This document shows positions 27,850-40,794 of a stretch of DNA of 64,000 nt, piece after piece; position 1 is the first letter of the stretch, and every line of letters starts with the position of its first letter. Where the stretch lies: NCBI RefSeq assembly GCF_009914755.1, contig NC_060930.1. The stretch is one strand, 5' to 3'. This stretch comes from the human T2T-CHM13v2.0 reference genome, Homo sapiens. The translations under genes were made by a program, and so were the position numbers. The notes under the pieces were generated by a model. The model was not told where the DNA came from, did not search any database, and worked only from the letters and a program-made list of their open reading frames with translations.

Positions 27850-28035
27850 CCATTTATTAATTTCTATGTTCCAGAAACTGTCCTAGACACTTTATATAAG
27901 CTCACTTAAGTCTCATGACCATCCTGTGAGGTTTATATTCTTGCACCCATTTTACAGATGAGGAAATAGGGTCAGTAGGTTGATTAACACAGCTGAATGG
28001 CAGAGCTGGATTCGATCTGAGGTCAGCCTGACTTT
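27850..28035 (-). mobile_element. MIR SINE
   Basis: MIR core cccattttacagatgaggaaa. Confidence 0.8.
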
Positions 28036-30519
28036 TCCTTCAGGATGATGCGCTGCTTCCTCTGATGAAGGATCAGGGATGCAGAATGGGACTGATGTAC
28101 CTGTTCAACCATCCCACTCATTCTCCTCACTTTGCATGCTCTTCTCGGGGCCATCTACAGACAGGTGAGGGGCCCCCTACAGACAGGTGAGGGGCCCCAG
28201 GCAGACAGCTCCTTGGGACACTGAGCTCCACATTGAAATGTTACTCAAATGAATGTGCAGAGGAGCTGTGAGTGAGAAAGTAAGCCCTCCAGCGTGAAGA
28301 GCCCCGGAAAAGCCACCCTTGCTCTGGCACCTGTCATGCAGCCCTCACAGCAGTACTCCCATGGGGTATGGGAGGACAGGGGCACTTCTGTTGGTCTTTC
28401 CTTCCTCATGTTCGTCCCAGTAGGGCCTGGACCTGCAGCTGGGGCTTGGCGTCCCCTGGGGCCACAGCCACACAGACCAGCAGACCCAGCCTTGGGCAAC
28501 TACACTAGCTGGATTAGAAAACTCCAAACATTGCACGTGTTCTACATCCAGCATTTACTATTTTGTTAATCCGAAGGTAGATGCAAGAAAACACTGGACA
28601 GAAAGGAAGGTTCCAGCAGACAGCATCTCTAGCTCTCAGTAGGTAACAGCCTGGAGGACTCTTTGCCACCCCTAGGAAGGCCTGATCGGGGCATCCTTAG
28701 GGCTACTCTGTGGAACAGCCCCTTTCCTTTCTCCAGAGAAACCCGGGCTCCTGCTTTGCATCCTGAGAGGCTGAGAGGACCTCTTCCTGTGCATGCCTGA
28801 AGTAGAGAATCTTTGAGATGTAGAAAGCTTTCTATATACCAGTCATTTATTCCTGGTGTCCACATGGATTTCAGTCTGATCTGGGCAGAAATGTGCTCTG
28901 GGCGTCCCTGTGGAGAACTTTGCAGCAGCCAACTCAACTAGCAGCTAATGAGTTGTCATGTGAGCCTCACACAAAAACCTAGGCATCCAAGTGTGTGTGG
29001 TCATGGGGTGGGTAGAAATGGGGGGCAGACAGACACAGAGAGAGAGAAAGAGAGAGAGAGAGAGTTTAACAAGGTGAGCCCCAGGACAGGGATGAGTGTC
29101 TGTGGGACCCTTGAGATGGCTGGCTCATGGTGAGTGCTAAGTGCACATTTGTTAACTAAACAAATGAGCCAAATGACAAAAATGACAAAGTGTATTTTGA
29201 TGCTGCTCAAAATGAGGGACTTATAGAACAAAGATAATGATTTCTGGTGAAATAGCCTAACATACTGACTGCTCTGAAGTCCTGAGTTTAGAAGGGGAGA
29301 GATTTGTCATATCCAGCTCCTTGCTACCATTCGGTCCTGAGGCTGAGACAGGACCCCTCGTGTCACATCAGCTGGGGTGCCCTCTGTCCCACCGTGATGT
29401 TGACGCCAAGGTGTCCACACCTCAGTGAAAGAATACTACCCTTCTACCAGGACCAAGGGTCTGGGTAAATTCCACTTCAGAATGCAGCCTTCTTTCCTGA
29501 CAGGCACAGTTATTTTTGTCTTTTCATAACCCAGTTTCAGTAGGTCACACTCATCCTGGGCAATGCATTAAGCAGAGAGTTCTTTCTTATTATGCATTCT
29601 TTGGAAAAATAAACTCAATTTCCACTGCAGCTTTTGGAGCATGACGAGGGTGGCCCTGGAAGCTCCAGTTTCTGACTGAACTGAGTTGGTGAGCAGAAGC
29701 ACATCATCTGCCAGGCCACAAGAGGACAGCAGTGGTTCGAGATCCAGGTCGCTGCTACCTCCTCCGTCAGGCTCCTTCCCCCGCTCCCCACCCCCCGCGC
29801 CCCCCTCCCCCGCCCCCACCTCCTGCCGGCATCAGAAGCACCTGCAGGATTTTAGGACTGACTTTGTCATGCTGTTCCAGGATTCTAATTTGCATGGGTC
29901 TTTATTGATGAATGTGCTGGAAAAACCCCAGAATGATATCAGCATCCCAAGCTGAAACCGGGCCATGCTTTCCGTCCTTCCAGAATATTCTGACATCACT
30001 GTTGTCTCTATTATCACAGACTCACTGAGAAAGTATGAGAAATGATTTACCTAAAAGAAAAACAGGAGCAAGTCCTTTTGTGTCTCCTGGCCCACGTGGT
30101 CAGAACTGGGGTAATAATGAAGGTATGGAAGAGAAAATACTCAACATTGCAGACTTGACATTTCCTTATCTTATGTTAGCCCCCTGGTTTTATCAAAATC
30201 TAAGAAAACTTTATGACTCATAACTTTCCTTCGTAACACAAGTATTTGACTCAAAAATGTTTATTGCATATTTACTATGTGTTGGGAATAGATGGTATGT
30301 GCTAGGAATACAGATACACACAAGCTGCTGTTCCAGGTGGGAGCTGTTCTTGGAATAGGCAGGAGGCAGACATGTGAACTAACGAGTTATAATTCAGCAA
30401 GCTGAAGCCAAGCTCAGGCCATGCAAAGGTCCTGTTGGGGGGAGCCCCGGGATGGGGGCACTGTGGCAGGGAGCCCCAGTGGGGGGCCACCGTTAGGATG
30501 AACCCAGGGAAACTGTGTC

Positions 30520-30740
30520 ATGGCCAGGTGCTGTGCTGATGCTTTCCATACACGATCCCTTGCAGTTTGCATAGACTCAGGAGGCACGTACCAGGCTTAG
30601 ACTGTTTCATAGCTGGAACAACTAAGATTCAGGAAAGAGTATCCAGTTGTCCAAAGTCTCCCAACTATTAATAATAAATGGGAGGGCTGAGATGGGAACG
30701 CAGGTGCTGACTTGAGAGCCCGGGCACTAACCACCACTGT
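30520..30740 (-). mobile_element. MIR SINE (diverged)
   Basis: ccaggtgctgtgct...aactaagattcagg...gtccaaagtctcccaacta...gctgagatgggaac...ctgact...agagccc...ctaaccaccact. Confidence 0.55.
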
Positions 30741-31058
30741 ACACCCCCTTCCCATCCTGGCCTCTGGGCTCCTGATGTGGACTCGTGCTTGCTGGCACCT
30801 CCTTCATGCGGTCACTAGAGCCAGAGGTGCAAGCAACAGGAGCTTCCCACTGCTTCACCAACCTGTGCATGCAGGAAGCAGCTTCTAGTCCCTTCTGCAG
30901 AGATGGCTGCTGGCAGCCTTAGGGTCGGGGCTCTGCACTGGGAACCCCACCCCTGCCTGGTCTGTGGTCAGGGCTCCTTTGGCCCTGTCAGCCAAAAAGC
31001 CATCATCACACCCACCCTGAGCTAAGGCAGGGGCCATGCATTGTTGGTTGTAATATTT

Positions 31059-31316
<258 letters not shown>

Positions 31317-31329
31317 CATTGGTTGTAGT

Positions 31330-32640
<1,311 letters not shown>

Positions 32641-32684
32641 CAAGCCCCCACCTTTCTAGGTAAGCTTATGATCACAGCTGATAG

Positions 32685-33202
32685 TGAGACATGAAGCGGC
32701 TGGGCTTCTGGGTCGGGTGGGGACTTGGAGAACTTCTCTTTCTAGCTAAAGGATTGTAAACGCACCAATCAGTGCTCTGTGTCTAGCTAAAGGTTTCTAA
32801 ACGCACCAATCAGGACTCTGTAAAAATGGACCAGTCAGCACTCTGTAAAATTGACCAATCAGCAGGACATAGGCAGGGCCAAATAAGGGAATAAAAGCTG
32901 GCCATCCAAGCCAGCAGCAGCAACCTGCTCAGGTCCCCTTCTCGGCTGCGGAAGGTTTGTTTTTTCGCTCTTCATTGTTGCTGCTCACTCTTTGGGTCTA
33001 CACTATCTTTAAGAGCCGTAACACTGCGAAGGTCTGCAGCTTTCCTCCTGAAGTCAGTGAGACCGCGAACCCACCCAGAGGAACAAACAAGTCCAGACGT
33101 GCCACCTTTAAGAGCTGTAACACTCACTGTGAGGGGCCTGGGCCTTCATTACTTAAGTCAGCCAGACCAAGAACCCACTGGGAGGAACCAATTCTGGACA
33201 CA
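32685..33202 (+). mobile_element. Solo LTR12 (ERV9 family; length fits LTR12F)
   Basis: Starts tgagac..gaagc.gctgggcttctgggtcgggtggggacttggagaac, tandem gctaaagg/ccaatcag enhancer units, ends ggaaccaattctggacaca; 4-bp TSD atag at 32681-32684 and 33203-33206. Confidence 0.93.
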
Positions 33203-33711
33203 ATAGTATTACAGGGTTTCAGAGTCATAAATGAGTTATACAGCAAATACAAGAAGAGTTTTAACTAAGTTTCTGTCTGGTGTGGCTTTCTCTGTAGTAT
33301 AGGTAAAGATGTACAGTTCTAGGAGACACATATTAGGTTGCTATATATTGATAAGTTAGAAACTACCACTTCTGGGTCTTTTCTCATCAAATTATACAGA
33401 AAAAGAAGTCACGTCTAAGGTATTATGGAAAAAGTTCCACATCACCATGGAAAACCTGTGTTCTTTGTCCGCCCCTAGAATGTATAAACCTATAACCTTC
33501 TGTCAATCACTTAAACTCGCAGAGTCACGGTTTCTACAGCTGCCCAGTGGAGATGATGGTGCCCTGTCTACCTCATGAGATTACTGTGGGGAGAAGATAG
33601 GAAAAGTAATTTTAACTACAAAGCCCTATACAAATGTTCTTATTGGCCACTGTGATATATATTTTCCTCTCTGGGCTCTTCATATCCCAGGTCTTGTGTA
33701 TTTTATAAGTA

Positions 33712-34129
33712 TAGTTGACCGTTGAACAACATGAGTTTGAGCTGTGAGTGTCCACTTACATGTAGATTTTCTTCTTCCTCTGCCACGCCTAAGCCAGCAA
33801 AACCAACCCTCCTCCTTCCTCCCACTTCTCAACCTACTCAATGTGAAGACAAGGATGAAGACCTTTATGATAATCCACTTCCACTTTGTGAATAATTAAT
33901 ATACTTTCCTTCCTTATCATTTTCTTAATAACATTTTCTTTTCCCTAACTTACTTCATTGTGAGAATATAGGATATAATGCATACAACATACACAATATG
34001 TGTTAAACCACTGTTTATGTTGTTGAGAAGGTTTCAGTCAACAGCAGGCTATAAGTAGTTAAGTTTTTGAGGAGTCAACAGCACGGGTCAGTGGCACTCC
34101 TGACCCCTGTGTTATTCAAAGGTCAACTG
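33712..34129 (+). mobile_element. Tigger2a (TcMar MITE)
   Basis: TIRs (c/t)agttgaccgttgaacaaca ... tgttattcaaaggtcaactg flanked by TA; internal cctactcaatgtgaagac..gatgaagacctttatgat. Confidence 0.9.
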
Positions 34130-34199
34130 TACAGTGTTTGCCAGGAGGCTATGATGTGCCTGAAAGTGCCAAGCATCAGTTCCTGTTTACCACCTTTCC

Positions 34200-34690
34200 A
34201 AGTTCCTTTCTTCAGTAAATACTGATGTGACTACTTTGCATCAGGAACTCTGGTGGGCACTGGGGAGCCAAGCATGATGGCCATGCAGCCCCTGTCAAGA
34301 GGAGGAGATGGATGGCCAACGTCCTCATGCTCATCAGAGCTAAACAATGAAGCAGATCACAGGGGCTACTCCAGGGACACTCACCAAAGCCAGAAAGGCA
34401 CTGCCCCCAGGAGAAGCTGATCAGGGAAGCCTTGTGAGGGAGACAATGCTTCAGTTGATTCTTAAAGATGAGTTAAATTCTCCAAGTTAGGAGGAGAGGG
34501 AAATACATTCCAGGTAGGGGGAGAGCAGATTTAAAGATAGCCTGAAAATTAGGGAGCTCAGTGGGCACATCTAAGAAGGCCTAGGACCCAGCCTTGAGGA
34601 ACAACATTAAACAGCCATGTAAAGGGAAATAGGCTTGTGAAAGAAACAATAGAGTAGCAGTTGGAGGGAGGGAAAAGCAGAAAAAATGTA
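34200..34690 (-). mobile_element. L2 LINE fragments
   Basis: ttcagtaaatactga..ctactttgcatcaggaactct..gggcactgggga; tcagggaagcctt..gagttgattcttaaagatgagt..cattccaggtagggg. Confidence 0.55.
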
Positions 34691-34698
34691 AAAACAAT

Positions 34699-35148
34699 TG
34701 TTATTGAAACCCCAGGGGCTTGTTCTAAATCCTGCTGCTGGCCTCACAGAAGTCTATCACTGAGATGAGGTATGTTGCCAAGGAAGAAGGCTTTAGTTGG
34801 GTGCTGCAGCTGAGGAGATGGGGGATGGTCCATCTCGAATCCAACTCCTGACTGACTAAAACTAGGGGCTTATCTAGCAGGAGAGAAATTTAACAATGTG
34901 TGGAAAACAGGAACTCCGGAGGGGTAGGAAAGCAATCATGATCAGTGAGGGCCCTGGTCGTCTCATGGTCTGGATGTCATGATCTGGTGAGTTTCAGTCC
35001 TTTGTTACTTTCTGAGAGGCCTGGGGGTCCTTTCCTGAAGGGGAAGCTCAGATAAAACAATTGTAAGTGTCACACTTTAAGACTAGAAAGGTCAATTTCC
35101 ATGTTTATTAAAAAAAACCCTGTCTATGGGATTATTGGGTTGGTTTCA
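34699..35148 (-). mobile_element. ERV1 MER4-group solo LTR (LTR23/LTR56-like)
   Basis: TG...CA ends (tgtta...gtttca); ttgccaaggaagaaggcttta, gatctggtgagtttcagt, ctgtctatggga.tattgggt; imperfect 4-bp TSD caat/caag. Confidence 0.8.
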
Positions 35149-37032
35149 CAAGTAGAATGATCACATGGCAGACGCCAAGGGAAGAGAGAGTTTAATGCAT
35201 GAGGGGAAAGTGAAGAAAATGCAGTGGTTCTAGTTTACTCCTGCCTCATGGGCTTGTTAATCAGAATGCTTTCCTTTAGCTTTCAACAGAGATTAGAATT
35301 TAAAAATATGATTATGATTGAAGATTAGACTGGAATATTTTGGCACATGGGAGATTTTGAGAAATGGTATGCGTTGTACAAATCTTGGATGGGCTTGCAG
35401 GAGAAGCCAGGAGGTCAACTGGGGAAAGTGAAGTGGTGGAAAGACACAACGACACATTTACCTGCTTCAAAATGCAGTGGACGGCTGCCCCCTGCCAAGG
35501 TCTTTTAGGCCTGTGGGTGCATCAGAAGAAGTAAGTGCATAGTTTGAAAAATTCTTATCTTGTCATGAAAGTTTACACTGTCTTTTAGACCCAAAGGCTG
35601 AAGAAATCACTTGCAGACATAATTTCTCACTCAGGCTGTATATCACATCGTTTCTAGATGGTATTGCTGTGAGATTCATTACTGTGATTAAGGCAAGAGT
35701 GAGAGGAGGTGCCTTCTGTGGCTACATGTATACCAATTTTTATTGTATGCCTATCATTTTTACTATATGGCTAACATAATATTAAATTGTGCACCTGCCA
35801 TGGATGGACTCTGCAAATCTGTGTGTGTGAAAGGAGGTGAGGCTTATCTTAATGAGTCATCCAAGGATTCCAGAGAGGGGACATCTGAGACCTGAGCCAG
35901 GACAAGCTACAGCTCATTGGGACTCACTGCTAAGAGAAAATAGGTGCATGTAAGGTTTTCCCAGAATAAAAATGGAAAATGAGTATGAAGTTGAGTTCCT
36001 ATCTCAGACAAAAGAAAAGGTTCTGTTTTGGAAAGTTCAAATATGTTCTGGAATAGAGTCAGATGTTCAGGTAGACCAGTTTCCTGGTGCCTGGGAAACA
36101 AGATAGCGCTCAAAATGCTGGGAGAAAGGAATTGGGCAAGGGACATTCAAGTTGATATTTTAAGCATCACAGTAATGACACTGGAGTTTTGTAGAGCCCT
36201 TTTCCTAAAAGAATTATTGATTTCCTTAATCAGAACTTTTGCACACTACTCTTTTATGTTTCTTTGCCTTTTTTCCCCATCTTTTCCTTCGTATTAAATT
36301 CCATTTATGAAATGGCAGACTAACTCAGAGTAAAGGAAAATATTTAAGGCAACATGTGAACCTGGGGCCAGCAGGGCACTAGGGGTCAGCAGGTGAACTG
36401 AAAAATCAGAAGAGAAAGTTGGGTCTGCTGACTTCTACTTTCAGCTTTCTTTTCTCTTTGAAAAGCATTTTCCTACATGGAGTATTCTTTTGCTCAATGA
36501 TGGGTTCCCAAAACAAAATAGAACTGAATACTCTATGTGTGGCAACATTTCTTGCAGGGCATTTGGGCAACATTTATTACCCTGAAATAGGTCATTTACA
36601 TAATGAGACTAAAAACTTCTGGAGTTAAGTAGCTTTCATACTTCTCGGGATTACTCCCAGGACTCCCTAGGGAAAGGAATTAATGGGGTCATAGTCCCTC
36701 AGAGGTTTAATATGCTCTCTCACCACTTTTTGTGCCTAAGGAGCAAGCAGAAGCTATAGAGGAAATAGCATATGGCTCTATGTTCTACTAGCATTCCTTC
36801 ACCAACCTGCTACATGTCTGAGTACAAATCTTTGCTAGTTTCTAAGAGGATGACCATGTTGAATTATTATGCAAGGACAAAATGAGAAATAATCAGTAAA
36901 ATATGTTTATTCATATTTTTCTAAATAAAAGAATACTAGAAAATGGTTTCGGTGATAAAGAACAAAAAAGGATTAACATATTAAACATATAAATGTATTT
37001 GTTATGTTTTATTGTGTAATTTAGTGAACATG

Positions 37033-37874
37033 TGATATGGGAGTGCTGGGAAGGGAAGAGCGTGGTCCCTTTAAATGATACAGAAGGGGGAAAGGAAGTG
37101 CTGTGTGGAGGAGGATGTGGTCCCTGGCTAGTACTCCAACCACACAGACCTAGGTTAAGGACAGGCATTTTTGTTGCATTTCCCAAGACCACCCTGGCCT
37201 GCCATGCCCCCATCCTGTGCCTATAAAAACCCAAGACCCTAATAAGGCAGAGATAGAAGCAGCTGGACGTCATGAGGAACACATCAGTGGAAGACCACAC
37301 AAGCGGCTAGTCATCAAGAGCTCACCAGTGGAAGAGCACGCCGATAGGCACTGGCACGCAGGCAGGTACCGGCATGCCAGCAGGCCATCGACTGGCAAAA
37401 TGATGCCGAATTTGGCTGGAGTGGTCAGAGAAGAGCCAGGTCACTGAGCTGCCGGACTCCAGGGGAAAACCATCTCCCTTCTGGCTCCCCCATCCACTGA
37501 GAGCTATTTCTACTCAATAAAACCTTGCAGTCATTCTCCAGGCCCACATGTGATCTGATTCTTCTGGTACATCAAGGCAAGAAACCCCAGGATACAGAAA
37601 GCCCTCTGTCCTTGTGACAAGGTAGAGGGTCTAACTGAGCTGGTTAACACAAGCTGCCTGTAGATGGCAAACTAAAAGAGCACCTTGTAACACATGCCCA
37701 CTGGAGCTTCAGGAGCTGTAAACATTCACCCCTAGACACTGCCATGGGATTGGAGCCCCACAGCTTGCCTGTCCAAATGCTCCCCTAGAGGTTTGAGCAG
37801 CAGGGCACTGAAGAAGTGAGCCACACCCCCATCGCATCCCCTGTGAGGGGAACAAGGGAACCTTTCCTATTTCA
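37033..37874 (+). mobile_element. 5' LTR (LTR1-like)
   Basis: tgatatgg...tttca; TATA-like cctataaaaa near 37221; AATAAA near 37517. Confidence 0.92.
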
Positions 37875-37876
37875 AC

Positions 37877-37894
37877 TGGGGGCTTGTCCGGGAT
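37877..37894 (+). other. Primer-binding site, tRNA-Pro
   Basis: tgggggcttgtccgggat vs TGGGGGCTCGTCCGGGAT (complement of the tRNA-Pro 3' end), 1 mismatch, 2 nt after the LTR. Confidence 0.92.
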
Positions 37895-38775
37895 CCTGGA
37901 AGGTGAGTGTGAATGAATGCAAAGCTGTTGGGCCTGCCTCTCTTCCAAAACCCTGCCATCTCTCTCTCCGTGGGTAAGAGGCTGTGTTTTCCTTCAAAAA
38001 CTCTGCCCTAACTGGCCAGTCAAAACCCCCAGACTTTGTCTCTTTTCTCTCTCTCACATGGTTTGAAATGGCTCTTGTGTCTTTATAGCGTTAAGAGTTT
38101 CACTACAGGCTACAGCAATGTCACTAAGTAAAGTAAGCATTTGACTCAGCTGTCAAAGGTGCAAATCAGACCAACTGTTCCTAGAAGTGCCATGTATGCC
38201 TCCATCTCTACAGCCACAGGCACTCATGGCTCAGTGCACCTCTCCTTATCCTTTCTTCTCCCAGCTCGGGCACTTAGGTTTGCCCACGGTAGACAAAGGC
38301 TGATCCCAACATCCACAAGTGGTTGCGGGAGAAAGCTGTGACAGTAGCCACAACCCCACAGGGCCAATGGACAGGGTGCTTCTCACCTGCCATGCCAATG
38401 GAACCTTTTCTCCCTTGTCCAAGGAATTCAACCTGGTCTGAACTAGGGGAAAGATATAAGGATTAGGGGGCCCACTTGCACTAAGCAAGGGATTCTTCCC
38501 CCAGAATCTCCCCCATTTTACCCCTTAAACTGTTTTTCTCTTTGTTTCCTTTTCTAAGTGAGAGGTCCCCTGCCACACACTGTTTCTGACAGAGAAGTTA
38601 ATGGAGGAATGGACTCTGCTGGCTGAGAACTGCAAATTCAGCAGGGCATCTTTGGGACACTCTAAACAGATACAAACAGCCTCTAAAATACTTTTTCAGT
38701 CCCAAACTTGATTCCAAGCTTCAGGCTGAGGACTTAAAAAGAAAAACCAGGTCTGAGGGACCCAAAGCCAGGCAG

Positions 38776-38881
38776 CAGGCATAATGTAAATGGGTAGGAC
38801 CAATTCCCACTGACTAAATCCCCCACCCCAGGCATAATGTAAATGGGCAGGACCAATTCCCGCTGACTAAATCTCCCACCC
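38776..38881. repeat. 53-bp tandem duplication in the ERV leader
   Basis: caggcataatgtaaatggg...aaatc(c/t)cccaccc x2, 3 substitutions. Confidence 0.92.
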
Positions 38882-39149
38882 CATGGAAGGAGGCTATGCT
38901 TCATGGAATAAACAGACCCAGGGAAATCAGTGTGCCAACAGCAGGGAGAAAGTGAAGCATAGGTGAGGGTGGTTAATTCCTACTCTCCAGGTTTCCTTGC
39001 TTCAGGGGTACATACTGCAGTGGTACCTATGTCCAGCTCAGGGATAAAGGATGGGGAGTGGAGGGAGGATGCTCACTTTCTCCGTCACGCCTGGGTTTTC
39101 ACTGAAAGAAGGAAGGAAATGAGGGACACCTCTATTCCCTGTCTTTCAG

Positions 39150-40310
39150 AAGGACAACCAGTTCTCTTCACCACTCCCAGCTTATACTCCTCTGGAGTGT
39201 GTCCTGAACCACTGCTTTGACCCTCCAAATCTGGAGGAAAAGTGCCTCATAGCGCTCTGCACAAAGGCTTGGCCTCAAGAAGGAACAATTCATTTTGATA
39301 CAATCTGGCAATTGGAACTTTTCTGTAGATGTGAGGACAGATGGCCCCATATGTGCAGGCTTTGTATAACTTGCAAGTCAATCCAGACCTTTGCCGACAG
39401 TGCAGGATTGATCCAGCCCTCCTGTTTGCTGTCTCAGGGAAGGCTGCAAGGGGCAGGCCCAGGGAAGTAAAGATACGAGTCCCAGAGGCACCTCCAGGAG
39501 AGGATCCAGCTCCCTCCATCCCTGCTTCTCTGGGTTCACCCTGATCTCCCTATCCAGCTTCAGCCTCTCACTTGCTCCTGCCTAGAAATTCTCAACCTAA
39601 ACAAGCCCCAGTCTCACTTTTGACCCTCCAACAGATGCCCAGTGAATTTGGGCCCAGTAAGGTCCAGGTCCCCTTCTCCCTACAGGATTTATAGCCAATT
39701 AAGGGGAATCTTGGCAAGTTTTCAGATAACCCTGATAGATATATAGAGGCTTTCCAGAATTTCACCCAAATATTTGAACTCTCCTGGAGAGACGTTATGT
39801 TACTTTTGAATTAGACCTTGACAGACACTGAGAAGCAGGCTGCCCTGCAAGCAGCAGAGAGATTTGTGGATGAGCTTTGTATCACATATAGCGTCAGGGA
39901 AGGGGGTGAATATTATCCAACTGGGAGAGAAGCAGTACAAGTGAATGACCGTAAATGGGATCCCAATGACGAGGTGGCAGACTGGAAGAAGAGGAGACAC
40001 TTTCAGGTGTGCATAATGGAGGGCTTACGTAGGACTAGGACCAAGCCTCTCAATTATACTAACTTGTCCATGACTGACCAGGGATTGGATGAAAAGACCA
40101 CCACCTTCCTGGAAAGGCTAAGAGAGTCCTTGGTAAAACACACCTCACCATCCCCTGATTCAGCTGAGGGATAGCTAATCCTAAAGGATAAACTTATTAC
40201 TCAGGCAGCTCCTGATATCAGCAGAAAGTTGCATAAATGGACCCTTAGACCAGATAGTACATTAGAGGACCACCTGAAAGTGGTCACCTCGGTCTTTTAT
40301 AATAAAAAAG
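39150..40310 (+). pseudogene. gag: Defective gammaretrovirus-like gag (MA-CA), HERV-W/HERV9-related
   Basis: PYVQALYNLQVNPDLCRQC; VPFSLQDL*PIKGNLGKFSDNPDRYIEAF; major homology region QGLDEKTTTFLERLRESL; LILKDKLITQAAPDISRKL...TSVFYN; start codon apparently decayed, in-frame stops. Confidence 0.9.
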
Positions 40311-40589
40311 GAGGCCCAGGAAAGAGTGAGGAGATACAGGTATTCCTGGGGTGCACTTGCTAACTGCTAAAAGATATGTCAAGAACAGTTACCTCTTCTA
40401 AAGTTTAACTGCTCCCATACAAGGTTGAATGTCTTTCACCAGGGTGGAACAGCTTCGGGTACAATGTTGTTGTTAGTATATTTATCTTCTTTTCTGTTTA
40501 ATCTTTGGAACTAAATTCTTTCCTTGTATAATACATATATTGAACCCATGCATACTTAACCTTATAAAACTTGTTTTTTTCTCTCACGC

Positions 40590-40794
40590 CTAGAAGCCAT
40601 CAAACTCCAAAAGGTCAGGCAACCAGAGCCTCCAACAGTGGCTCTGCTTTGCTAGGAACCCTTAGGTAGACCTCTGGGAGGAGTCTGACTGCCATTTTCC
40701 CCAAAACAACGCCCCCTGTCAGCAGGAAGCAGCTAAGACTGGTCATCATCCCTATTCTAATGGCAGTTAAATGCACTTCTTCAGAGAGGGGAAA
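40590..40794 (+). pseudogene. env: env TM C-terminal remnant plus polypurine tract
   Basis: LEAIKLQKVRQPEP...EPLGRP resembles the ERV1 env tail (EAIKLQMV...GPLDRP); PPT agagaggggaaa at 40783-40794. Confidence 0.7.

Noticed and set aside
39818-40174. 118-aa capsid ORF as a domesticated gag gene
   Set aside because: Non-ATG start, bounded by in-frame stops within a decayed gag; covers only part of CA
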